Source of the DNA: Epiperipatus broadwayi
Taxonomy: Eukaryota; Animalia; Onychophora
Direction of reading: 5' to 3'
NCBI GenBank assembly: GCA_028023455.1
Contig: JAQFVV010000006.1
Span: forward strand, 1,674,001-1,738,000
Length of the DNA stretch: 64,000 nucleotides
Shown: positions 51,375-63,200 of the stretch, piece after piece
Numbering within the stretch: position 1 is the first letter of the stretch
How the letters are laid out: each line of letters starts with the position of its first letter
Notes under the pieces: model-generated
Told to the model about the DNA's origin: nothing
Database searches by the model: none
Seen by the model: the letters and a program-made list of their open reading frames with translations, nothing else
Made by a program: the position numbers and the translations under genes

Positions 51375-52195
51375 AATGAATATTAATAATTTTTACTAGT
51401 CATTCATTAGACTAGAGATTATCCACTTAATGAATAATATTTCTGGAGTATAATTTTCACTACAACACTACAGAAATATTATCCATTAAGTGGATAATCT
51501 CTAGTCTATTGAATGACTAATAAAAATTGTTAATATATCTCCGTTAAGTGGTATGTGTCAATGTTGTGAAGGCAGTAAGTTTGATATTTGTCAATTAAAC
51601 TGTAATAATTGACCTTCCATATATATATATACACACACACAATAATCAAGATATGTTTAAGAGTTGTGATCTGGGCCAACTGATGAGTGCAGGTTAATTA
51701 AAAATTTTGCATCTTATGGATCATACATCCTTTTCACATTATGTGATTACACCCTTCCACAAGGTGCTAAACGTGGATAGAAACCTGTCCCAAACTTACG
51801 TGAGAGTGGTGTAGTGAAAATAACACTCCAGAAATGCTATTCATTAAGTGGATAATCTATAAGGTAATGAATGACTAATAAAAAGTTGTTAATATACTTT
51901 CATAAAGTTGTGAGGGCATCAAGTTGGACACTTATGAATTAAACTGTAGTAATTTGCTATCTATATATATATATTGAACAATGATAAAGATATGTGTAAG
52001 AGTTTGTGTTCTGGATCAACTGATGAGTGCTGGTTCCGCACAAAATGTACCTCTTGAGGATCATACATTTTTTCACATCTTTGGTCATATGTTTATGAAT
52101 GCACCCCTCCACAAGGTGTTAATAGAAACCAGTCCCTATCTTATGTGAGAGTGATGTAGTGAAAATCACACTTCAGAAATATTACATGATAAATT
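51375..52195 (+). mobile_element. HHR subfamily A2: 5' inversion plus a head-to-tail dimer of ~340-bp units
   Basis: CCAACTGATGAGTGC / TCAACTGATGAGTGC cores at 51680 and 52020. 51385-51460 is inverted relative to 51465-51540. Confidence 0.75.
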
Positions 52196-52848
52196 ATTAT
52201 GAATACATTTGTTATGAATATTGTACATGTACATTCCTTTTTATAGCATCAATAAAAATCTTTTTTTTCCTTATTAATACATTCATTTAATTTCGTTTGA
52301 CATTTTAAATTCGAATATTCTGTAAAAGAATATCTGCTTGTCATTTTGATTGGTAAATCTTTCGGTATCTTGCTTAAATCACCATCTTGTCAGAGATTCT
52401 GGCCATCAAACTGGAAATGGGGATCTGAGTCAAAGAAATGAATTATGGTAATTTTAATACAAGTTGTGGCATCATACTTAGGTTTCGATCTTGAAAACAA
52501 TTAACAATTGTTGATTGCAACTGTTATCTCCCAAATACATAAGTAATTATGGATATTATGGACTTGTAACCACCATATTAACTTGTTAAGATCTGTTTTA
52601 ATAAGTATTACCTTAACTATGCATTATAAAAACATGTATTTATTGTAGAAAAAGCCACAGGTATGACAGGAGATGCATTATGTTTGCATCATGAAGCTGT
52701 TCTATACATGAGTGCATATATGTACACATACAAAATGTATTTTAGGAATGATAAATACATGTATAATTCATTTTAGACGTTTACGTTTAATAGCAATTTT
52801 GCGATTATTAAATATATGTACTGTATAGTATTTATATTTTAAGCTGGA

Positions 52849-53321
52849 TGTAATTAGAAAGGATTTGAACCCAGACTTTCAAGCTCTCTTTGGTCTTCCA
52901 CTCCATGTTATTCAACCGATACACATGACCACATACATGTAAAAAAGATAAACGATCTCCAATATGCGTATTTCATGCTGAAGCAACACTCGTCAGTTGA
53001 CCCAGATCATAATCTCTCTCTCTCTCACAGATATATATATTCAGATTTGTTATCTTAACATAAACTGAGATATATATATATATATATGAGAGATGATAAT
53101 ATGGACCCACTGATGAGTGCTGGTTTAGCATGAAATATGTGTATTGGAGATAATTTATCTTTTTCGCATGAATGTGGTCATGTGTATCGGTTGTATAAAA
53201 TGGAGTGGATAACTAAAGGAATCTTTTTCGCATGTATGTGATCATGTGTATTGGTTGTATAAGATGGGGTGGATGACTAATTGAAGCTTGAAGTTCTGGG
53301 TTCAAAAGCCCTTTAATTACA
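52849..53321. mobile_element. HHR family A fold-back with an outward-facing HHR in each arm
   Basis: Minus-strand HHR at 52954-53008 (CUGACGA-GUGUUG-CUU-CAGCAU-GAAA-U-ACGC-AUA) and plus-strand HHR at 53098-53152. Termini TGTAATTA..GGATTTGAAC / GTTCAAAA..TAATTACA. Confidence 0.8.
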
Positions 53322-54002
53322 ATTTTGTAATTGTAATTCTGAATATAATTGTTATGGTAAGTAGAGAGTTAAAATTTAAAAAAAACGTAGGACTAAAAGT
53401 TGGTTGTCATAATGTCAATAAGTTATTTTTAAAAAGAGAAATCTCACTCTCCTTTAAAAAAAAAAGTGTGAAAACTTTACATTCAACTTAGCATGTATTA
53501 AATCATTTTTTTTACTTTAAAAAAAACATTTTAATAATGTACAAACATTCAACAGTTATTAATTAATTGGATAGTTATTGAAATTTATATGCTGTCAAAT
53601 TAATTAAACTAATTAGAAGAAATACATCAGAAGTGTTTTCATGTAATGAGGCATACTTTTCATTTCTTTCTTATTAGTTGTTAAATCTATCTTAGATTTC
53701 AGCTGGCAGTTGGAAATTTGCTTTGATAGAATTACAGAACGCGACACTAGTAGAATATTTATGCGTTTATTTATTTTTACTTCCATTTACTTTTGTCATT
53801 CATTGTCAGGTGGCAGTTTTTTTTTACTAACTTTTTCTCTTTTTTTTTATGCACTTATGCATGTAAAAATTGGGATAAACATATAGCAATATATAGCTGG
53901 TTCATAGTAATGAGATTCGAAATGGGGGTAGGGATGCTGATATATTGATTAGGGAAAATGAACTAGTTATAGAAATTGAATGCAAACAAAAAAGAGTTAC
54001 AA

Positions 54003-54083
54003 GTAATTAAAGCGGATTTGAACTCAGACTTTCAAAATCCTTTAGTCATCCTCTCCATCTGAGTTCAAACCCCCTCTAATTAC
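54003..54083. mobile_element. Miniature fold-back made of two family A termini
   Basis: GTAATTA..GATTTGAACTCAGA / TCTGAGTTCAAAC..TAATTAC. Confidence 0.65.
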
Positions 54084-54276
54084 ACTTAGCTTAAATGTAT
54101 ATATAATATACTTGTATTAAAACAATATAAGTAGAATTTTTAATCAGAAATATTTGTCACAAACTTTTATTGTTCAAGCAAAATTTCAAAAGTGATTTTT
54201 TGACCTTTAAAAAAAAAATTAATTAAAAAAAACAAAAAAAAAAAAAAAAGTTGGGTCAATGGGTAAAAAGGGGTGT

Positions 54277-54313
<37 letters not shown>

Positions 54314-55009
54314 AAATACTTTGTTGACTCAGGATTCTTTATTGTGGATTGCATGAATGATGTTGGTGCTGTGCCGGGCCTCTTTAACTTTGTGTTTTTT
54401 TCAGAGCAGACAATACTGACAGATGTGGGTTCAAAGCTGGACCATTATTAGACTCATGTTCGATTAAAATAAATTTAGTATTAGTCTTAGTTCGATTGTA
54501 TTAGTATTTGTGCTGTGCAGTTCTCGTTGACAGATTGCCACGAGAGTCTCCAAATTACTAAATGTAAAGATAAAGAGGCTTGTCACATCTCCAATAACAT
54601 ATATGCTATCAGCAAGAAAGAATCCTGCAACTGTCAAAAAAGTGGCTCATTTAAATAAATTCATTTACATCTTATAATCAAATTTTATGTAAATCACCAC
54701 TTTTATGATTCTTCTATAAATTTCTCAATCGTCTTGGATAATTATAGCTATGATTATGACTACTAATTAATCGAAAGCATGCTCTGTATACTATGTTGAT
54801 GTATTTAACAATATTAAATAAGCTTTTCTTAGTATACATGCTTTACATATTATTTATATTGAATTACATTTTCTCGGGAATAGTTTACAAATAAATTAAA
54901 GAGAGAGAAAAAAATAATCATTTAATAAAGGTCTATAAATCAATAAGTTTCATTTTAGTGAGCTTCCTAGTTGGGCACTATAATCTTTAAAAAATATTAC
55001 ATTGATTTA

Positions 55010-55165
55010 TTAAAAGGGGTTTGAACTCAGACTTTCAAGCTCCCTACAGTTGTCCCCTCTATTCAGTATAATCAATGCACATGACCACGTACATATGAAA
55101 AAGATAAGCGATCTCCAATATATGTATTTCATGCTGAACCAGCATTCATCAGTTGGTCCAGATCA
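55010..55165 (-). mobile_element. HHR family A 3' fragment with structurally intact HHR (55110-55164)
   Basis: GAUCU-GGA-CCAA-CUGAUGA-AUGCU-GGUUC-AGCAU-GAAA-U-ACAU-AUA-UUGG-AGAUC. Confidence 0.8.
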
Positions 55166-55249
55166 TCTCCCATTCATATATATATATATTGAGAAAATCA
55201 AGTCATACAGCATGTGACTTAACTTATTAAGCTTGTACTACAAAATGTA

Positions 55250-55760
55250 ATATAATGAGCATTGCTAATAGCTCTAAACAAGCTTTTCCAATAAATGCCA
55301 CAAGAGAAAGGATTTAAAATCTCTAGCTAGAATTATCCCTATCCTTAAACTGGCTCTCCTCAGTGGGGTGCTAGGATATTCAGATATTAGATCTAAAATA
55401 ACAGATCAAGTTCAGCATTTATTTAATACTTAAATTAAATTAAGTCACATGATGTATGACTTGATTTTTTTACTATTGTAGTTTGGCTTTCGAGGCTTTG
55501 ATGAGGTCCATATAGCTATTTAAGTTAGATAGTTGGATTTGAAGACATATAGATGTCTGAAAATTTCAGATTTTTTACTTAATAGTTAAGTATTAAGTAA
55601 ATGTTGAGCTTGAGCTGGTAGTTTAGATCTAGTGTGTGAATATTCTAGCACCTCACTAAGGAGAGTCAGTAGCCTGAAACCGGTTTGGGGATAGGGTCAT
55701 TTTATTACATTTGTAATACAAGTCATGTGGTGTATGATTTGATTTTTTTACTATTAAAAT
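55250..55760 (+). mobile_element. Diverged family-B-like element: inverted arm, ~280-bp unit and redundancy
   Basis: 55500-55640 is homologous to 45800-45940. AGTCA..TGTATGA.TTGATTTTTT.ACTATT recurs at ~55443 and ~55721. Decayed HHR traces at ~55650-55690 (+) and ~55340-55375 (-). Confidence 0.6.
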
Positions 55761-56379
55761 ATAATTAGAAATTTTAATTATTTTGTTTAAGCATGGGTAC
55801 AGTGCCTAGAAATGGAAAAATTGTAGCTTGCATTGTAAATTGTATTAAATTAATGAATTTTAATGTTTTTGTTTGTTGTTATATTTTTTATTGGATAGCA
55901 TATTAAAATCATGTACTTTGGTATAGCATAGTATGCAGTTTCAGAGAAAGGAAAACTATCTTTGAAGGAAAAGATGCTGTCATTTTTTACAAGATATATA
56001 TCAGTAATCGTCCTATGTTAGGTTCAATCTAGATCATATCCTCCAAATATTTGTTTCTTTCTTTACGTCTTTAATACCTCAGTTATTTCTCTTTTTAAGA
56101 GTATCAATTTACTGATTTATCTTTTTTTCATACCTTCTACAATCCTCCCACTTATTTCATAATTATTCTGCTTGTAAAAGTTTTTTGTTTTCTATAATTT
56201 CCTCAGAAACGTCTTTTTTTCCACTTATTCTTTTTATTAACACTTCTATTCTGCTTGTTTTCATTTTATTGCATTTTATATATTTTCTCATTTCCAATCG
56301 TTACATTTCTCTGTTAATTCATAAAATTGCAAGCTTGTTTCTTTCTCTAATTTTTTTGTCTGTTCTTTTTTTTGGATAC

Positions 56380-56960
56380 TATCTTTTTCCAGTTTAATAT
56401 TTATTTTATTAATCTTTCTTGAAATAGCCCATGTGCATATTTATCCATTCCAATTGTTTTGTTCTGATTTCATTCATCATAGGGTATTCTATATTCGTTA
56501 TATCTCTAATTTGTTTGTTGCTTACATACTCTCTCCTTGATATTCTTCCAAGTCTTCATCAACAATCTGTAATTTTCAATTTTCTTTCCATTTTTTTTTT
56601 TGATTGCCAAATCTCATTTTCATATATAATGCTATTTTCCATTGTTTTGTCACAGTTATTTATTGACTTTTGATATATTTCAGTCTCTCAATATCTAATT
56701 TGTTATCACTGTAAAGTTGTTTTACCAATCATGTTCTTTTACAGTTTTGCATCTGTTGTTTCACATTTTCTATATTCCTCCACCGAATTTCAGACCATAT
56801 AACCCAAATATTATGATCCTTAGTCCAAACTATTTGATCATCATTTAGCACAACATGGAGTTCTCATTTCCTTTTTCACATTTTAAGAACTTGTTTTAAA
56901 TGTTACTTAACTAATCTAGGAAATAAACTACATTCTTGGTTGACTCCATTATCTGAAATC
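56380..56960 (-). pseudogene. RTE-like LINE RT remnant (second family)
   Basis: Minus strand GVNQECSLFP, NDDQIVW, ENSIIYENEIWQ and MNEIRTKQLEW, with many disablements. Confidence 0.65.
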
Positions 56961-57808
56961 ATATATATATCCTATTTCTTTTTTACATAAATATTGTTAT
57001 TTAAATTTACAAGCATTCATTTGTCTGTGTAATGAAGTGGTTTGTTTCTACTTTATAACCTAATGGTAAATACACTTTTCCATAAAGTTCATCAAAATCA
57101 TACCATAATCACAAGGAAATATGATTTTGGTAAACTTCACCAAAGTGCACCAAGCACATTAGGTTATAAAGTAGAAAGAAATCTTTTCATTATGCAGATG
57201 AACAAATGTTTGCAAATTTGAATTACAAATACATATGTAAATATTTAATTTATAAATTAATTAATAACACCTGATTAGCTAATAAATGCGAGAGGTTTGC
57301 AGTCTCTCTGTTTAATTTCAATTATAAATACAAACAAAATCAATATAAATATTGTTGTGTAATTTTCTAACTGCTCTCATATGAATAAAGCATTAGTTAA
57401 TTCCAGTATTGCCACAGTTTTTTAGATGGGTTCTACCGTATGCCTTTTTAATGATAATACACAAATGATGTATCTATATTTTTTATCTTTTCAATACATC
57501 TTTTTTATTCATTTCTTTTCAATATATCGCTTTTATTCTTCTGTCAATCCTCATTTCTAAAGCCTTTTTTTTCACTGTTCTTAATCATCTACATTTTACC
57601 TGTGACTTCTCCCAATTTTTAAAAAACAATTTCAAATTTTTACAGAATAACTTCTACCATTATTAGAGGTTGTTTATCCACTGTGACTCTTACTCGAATT
57701 TCTTCATTGCTGCTTTCTTCTTTAGTTCCCTTCACCCTAGCAAGAATCATTTACCATAAGCTTCAGTAATTGATTGAGATCGAATTGTATAGTGTTATAA
57801 GATCTTCA

Positions 57809-57847
57809 TTTCCTGATCAGTTTCTGGCTTTGCCTTCATTAGGGAAG
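57809..57847 (-). ncRNA. Decayed HHR with the family-C-type A-GGC-loop-GCC-A stem II
   Basis: UUCC-CUAAUGA-A-GGC-AAA-GCC-A-GAAAC-UG-AUC-AGGAA. Confidence 0.4.
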
Positions 57848-57899
57848 GCTAGATGAAACTTATGGGCTTACACATATAACTGCCACTTTTTATCTTATA

Positions 57900-58883
57900 C
57901 ACCTGGGTCTCGTTTTACTAATAGATAGGTTCCTCAGAAAATGCACAAACAAAATCGCGCAAAAATAGATGTAACTTACATTGAAAAAGGAGGGATGCGG
58001 TCTGTGATTTTTCAAAATTCGCGTAAAAGCAAAGCACCAATGTAAAATTCGCGCAAAAAAACAATAAGGAAATAAAATATGACTAATAAAAAATTTCAAA
58101 TTTGAAAAAAATTGATACAAGACAAACTTTTTTTAACTATAATATTTAATTTTATTTAAAATAATATATTTTATGCATAATTTACAGTACAGTAATTTAC
58201 ATTTTTTATACACGTTTTAATTATTATAGCTATTTGCCAAAAAACACATTTGTTTGCAAACAACTAGCGCCAACTTCACACTCATGTTGTAACAGTGGTT
58301 TTCTGGTGACAACGTAATTAGTAATTAATCTTTGAGACGATGATTTTATTAATTGTTTATGAAACTAACAACTAAAAATTAAATTCTTATTTTTGTCTTT
58401 AATTTTCAATTCCGTTTAAAAATCAAATTTCGCCGTAAGTAATTTTTAAATGTTAATTACAATTAAAAATCAGATTTTAATTTTTAATTGTCAAATTTAA
58501 TTGTGCCCACTGCTATTACTGACCTTTTAAAAATAAACTTGTGGTCACTAAATGATTAATAATTGATTACGTTTTTTTTTAAAAAGCAAAAACAGAATGT
58601 GATTTAAAATGCAAAATTAACACGCACAATGTTTGAACAAATTTACTTTATAATCTTGTAAAATTTAATGTGTGTATACATAAAATGTGGAAATCATGAT
58701 TTTAATTTCATTATTGCATAAAATCTTACTATTATAAAGCACTGAAAATATTCAAATTACTAAGTGCGTGAAATTTATTATTTAAAGTAATAGCGCAATA
58801 TCGGAGTTCGACTTCCGGTGAAACACGAATCGCGTAACTTCAAAATCGTGTTAAATAAGTCCGCGTAAAAAGAGACCCAGGTG
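57900..58883. mobile_element. Non-autonomous DNA transposon (984 bp), TA TSD; pogo/Tc1-mariner-like or CMC-like
   Basis: CACCTGGGTCTCGTTTTAC versus GTAAAAAGAGACCCAGGTG (18/19). TA at 57898-57899 and 58884-58885. CpG-rich subterminal CGCG motifs. Confidence 0.85.
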
Positions 58884-61800
58884 TATATATAAAATGTCTA
58901 TTTTCTCTGTTGCCTGATTGATGAAGGTATGTTGTTTATTCATAAGACTGTACATGTCAAATTCACAAACAATTTAAAAAAACTGCATTACAAAAGAATA
59001 TGCGAACAAAGTAATTCCACCATTGATAGTTTTGCTGTAACACTAACAGGTATATTTAAAAATTTAAATTTAAATTTGGAAGTTCAATTTAATTATGAGC
59101 ATTTTATTCAAAGCAAATAATTCCACAAAGCAAAATAAATTTGTTAAAGCAACTGACTAAAAAAAAACTTATAAAAATGGAGACCTTTCAGACCTACTAG
59201 GAAATAATTCTGCCGTTAGTAAACCATAATACATTAAAATGTTCTGTTTACTTTACATTAAATCTTAAAAATCATTTGTTAAAGCAACTAGGTTAAAAAA
59301 ATACAACCTTTATAGACTGGGTACATCTGGTATATATATATATATTATTCAAGTTAATGTCCTGAAATTTAAAATCCCTGAAGTTTTGAATCCTGCATTT
59401 CTGATCCTTGTTGGGCTTGAATAGTATAAAGAAATAAAAGTTAGAAATGTAAGAACTTTCGTTCCTGGTTTGAATTTTAATCGATGATGGCAAAAGCCAG
59501 AAAATGATTGAACATGGAGAATTTTTTAGCCACCTACTGTGTGGTATTTATTGATTACTTAAATGTAGTAGAGGCTGTAAAGTAGGGTAAATATAACTAT
59601 TTTTGAAAACGTATGAGCAATCAGGTGAAAAATCAGATAATATTATTCTTATTCATCTTTAGTTATTTTCCCTTTACCTATTTTAAAATTAAAAAGAAAA
59701 AGTCATGTCTTAATTCATCATTGGTCAATTTATTTTTCTTGTTATAAAACAAACAACAGGCAAGCAGATATTAATGCTTCTTTTAGTTGTAATAATAGAT
59801 ATCATCATTCTGTGTGGTTTCTGCATCAAAGTTCAACATATCAGTATTGATGTTCGATTATCACATGATCTCCGAAACTAATAATCATTCAATTATTACA
59901 TTATTATACATAATTCTGATTATAATTATGCTATTTTTTCAATCATTTTTTTTATTGAAGAGAAAGTAATATTACTATGCACCATTTACTAACTCAGCTA
60001 CCATTAGCTTAACTGCAGAAAAAACCTCCCAAAGGATGCAAAGATCATTATTGCCCTAAACTATCGTGATGTTAGATAGTTTCAATTCTAAAAATATTGT
60101 ATAATCTTAATTCCAGTCACCTCTTTATTGAAGAGGTAATAATTTCACTACACACTATTTACTAATCGTAACTATTATTAGTTTAACTCTGTGAATGTAC
60201 GTTATGCATGTAATTTTACATGTCTGTATGTGCACGCAAACCTCAAGTACCTTGACAAGAAATTAATTATTATAAATGAGCAATAAATATATAATGTGAC
60301 AGGAAAAACTTTTTTGATATAATTTATCAAACTGAAAGATTGGAGGGAGGGTGTGAGGGTTGCGGGGCGACAAGAATATTTGATTAAATAATTGATTAAA
60401 TTTAAATGTCAATTATTTGTTTAAAGAAAGAATTAAAAAGGTGATGAATAATTCATTTGTTATAACTTTAAAGCAATTACAGAAATGTAAATGATATTTC
60501 AGTACAATTGTTTGTCTGACAGGCTAATTTTAAAAGTTGTATGTGTGTGTGTGCATGCTTTGCAATATATATATTTTAAATTTAATATGTGTGTGCATGC
60601 TTTGCAATATTTTTTTTTTAAATTTAAATTTTATTCCGAGCCCCCCCCCCTTAAAAAAAGGGTCTGAATAAATAAAAGAATTAAGAGTTGTTTTCATTGT
60701 TGAAGGTAGAGTTAACTGTGGGCCCTGAATTGATCAGAGTTGGACATTTCTCATCAGAGGGTTAGTAACATGATATTGCAATCACATTTTTCTGTTTTTA
60801 CACTCAGCACTGTGGTATTCATCAGAACAACTCGGATTAATCTAGGATTCCATTCTTTAAATAAGGATAGCGAGAGAGGTATTTAGAAGCTGTTAATAAC
60901 CGTCTACTTGATTTGGCTGTGGATGTCTTCCCGGATTAAAAATTCAAAACTTCTTACAATCTAAAAAAGTTTATGAAGGTTTATCTGGCCTGGTCTCTGA
61001 TTACAAATTCTGGGCATGATTGGTGGCGACACTAACTATTACAGTATGAACTCATTCATGTTTTTGCCATTGTTAAATACAAAAGATACTTATTTAACTG
61101 CCATTATAAAATGATTACCTGTGCCATCTATGGATGTCCACCTGAATGAAAAATCCTAAGCTATTTTGTGATCTGGAAAAATTTGAAGTCTGTTCTGACT
61201 CGGACATGTAAGACCACAAATTTCAAATCTCATCATTGTTCAATAATTAAATATTTATATATATATATATTCTAAAAAAAATAAACTTCTTTATTTTAAT
61301 TTGGTTTCAGAATCTTAAAAAGTCTAATGTTTAATCCTTTACGTTTGCTAATAGTTTTAATTAATCTCAAGACTTCTTCAGAACTGTTTCGTAAATATTT
61401 TAAAAATAAATTACTGAAAATTATTATTTGATTTAAGCAAAGTGAACATAAAGAATTCATATTAAAAAAATAATCTGATTTCTAAAATTAATGGGCACAC
61501 ACCAGCTGTAAATTTGTGATTGTGGAGGAAGGGGAGGGGTATACAAGCAATGTAAGCAAGAGATATTTAGATCATTTTTCTTTCATATTTTTTTGTTTAT
61601 TTGTTTAGTTATTTTAATAAGTGGTAAATGTTGCACAATAATCTTGTTAACGAAAGGATTCATAATCTTGTTAACGAAAGGATTCATTGAAGCTTGTAAT
61701 GAAATTCAAAAATCGAAGCGGAATAATCTTTTGCGTTAATATGGCAAGCATGGTTTGAAGATATGTTCTTTGCCTGATTGATTTTATAATGTGATCCAAT

Positions 61801-62865
61801 TGCAACCATATGAATATTGTACATGAGTGAGAAACTATTAAAGAGGAAGTGACGTATGAAATGTAATTCAAGGTAGGAAAGACTATATAGGGTATATATT
61901 CAATGTTAATCCCAATGTACTTCAAGTGCATTTTAGTTTATGATCCTTACATTAAATGATATTAACAATTTGACGAATATCAATGTTGTGTTTTTATGAT
62001 ATTTAAAATATAATATACAGTCACTTTAGAAAACCCTATAGCAATGATATCTTCTTTTTGCATTTCGACTGCCTAGAAGTCTCTTTCAAGCACGTAACTA
62101 ATAATTATTTCAATTGTCTAGCTGTCTTCTGCAGGTCTCTGAATGATAATGCAATATTTTAATGTTTTAAATAAGTATAACTGTTCTGTTCCTGAATTAT
62201 AATAAAAGCACTACTAACACTGTCTATACCTGTTTAACGTATTAAGAATGTGTTTAGTATTTTCAATTTTTTTCTCCAAGTATACTGTATTAATCTTACT
62301 TTTAATTTATTTGATATCCCCTTGTGAGATACAATTCTGTATTAAATTGTAAAATAGCTATATTTAATTTTTACATCATCAAAAAACCCCATATCTACGT
62401 GTGATAATATAAATATACACATTTTTATACTCATTAAAAACCAGTTAACACTTAGATAATCCTAACATTAATAACAATCAATTTATAAATTGCTGTTAAG
62501 GCAACATTTTTGTGGTACTTGTGCATTATCCTGTCTACCAAGCTTGACAATGATTTTTGATTCAATATATACTTTCAGAGGCATACAAATTCCATTCAGA
62601 AGGTTTATTTCAATTTTTTTTTATATATTATATCATTATGTTTCAATTTTTTAAATTTTTATATTGATAGTAAAAAAAAAAAAGTGAGTATATTATAATT
62701 AACAAAAACAAATCTAAGGTAAATATTATAATGTGTAAACACCCATGTCTATATATATTAAAGCAGCAATCAAATATTCTCAATTACCCTTCTTTATAAA
62801 TAATGAAACATCTTTATTTGCATTATTTATAAAAGGTGAGGTTATTTGATTACTGTTTTAATATA

Positions 62866-63200
62866 CACAGAGGTACCCCAAAATAACCAGAATTTTATAA
62901 TACAAAATGTTTATTTATTTTAAAATGTTATAAATTTAGATTTTTCAAATTACTATCCATTTGATTCAATACACCAGTCTAAATGTGTTTTTCATCTTTC
63001 AAAGTAGTCCAGAAAGGACGTACTTGAAAAATGATCCCTTTTAACATCTCTGTCATTTTTTCTACCACTTCTACGTCTGCAAAAAAAAAAAAAAAAAAAG
63101 TCGTTTTTCATTCAAGAGATGAAAAAAAAATCGTAAGAAGTGAAATCGAGCAAATATGGATAATAGATAAGCTGGATCATGCTGAATTTAATTAAAAAGT
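62866..63200 (-). mobile_element. Mariner transposon 3' remnant
   Basis: TA then TIR-like CACAGAGGTACCCCAAAATAACCAGAAT. Minus strand has a decayed YSPDLAP-like region (YPYLLDFTSYDFF) and ADVEVVEKMTEMLKGI..LDWCIESNG. Confidence 0.8.

Noticed and set aside
59480-59512. CGATGA-TGGC-AAAA-GCCA-GAAA resembling the family C stem II
   Set aside because: Core lacks a base and no stem I or repeat context was found.
61638-61685. 24-bp tandem duplication (similar small duplications at ~40681 and ~60545)
   Set aside because: Ordinary slippage duplications with no further structure.
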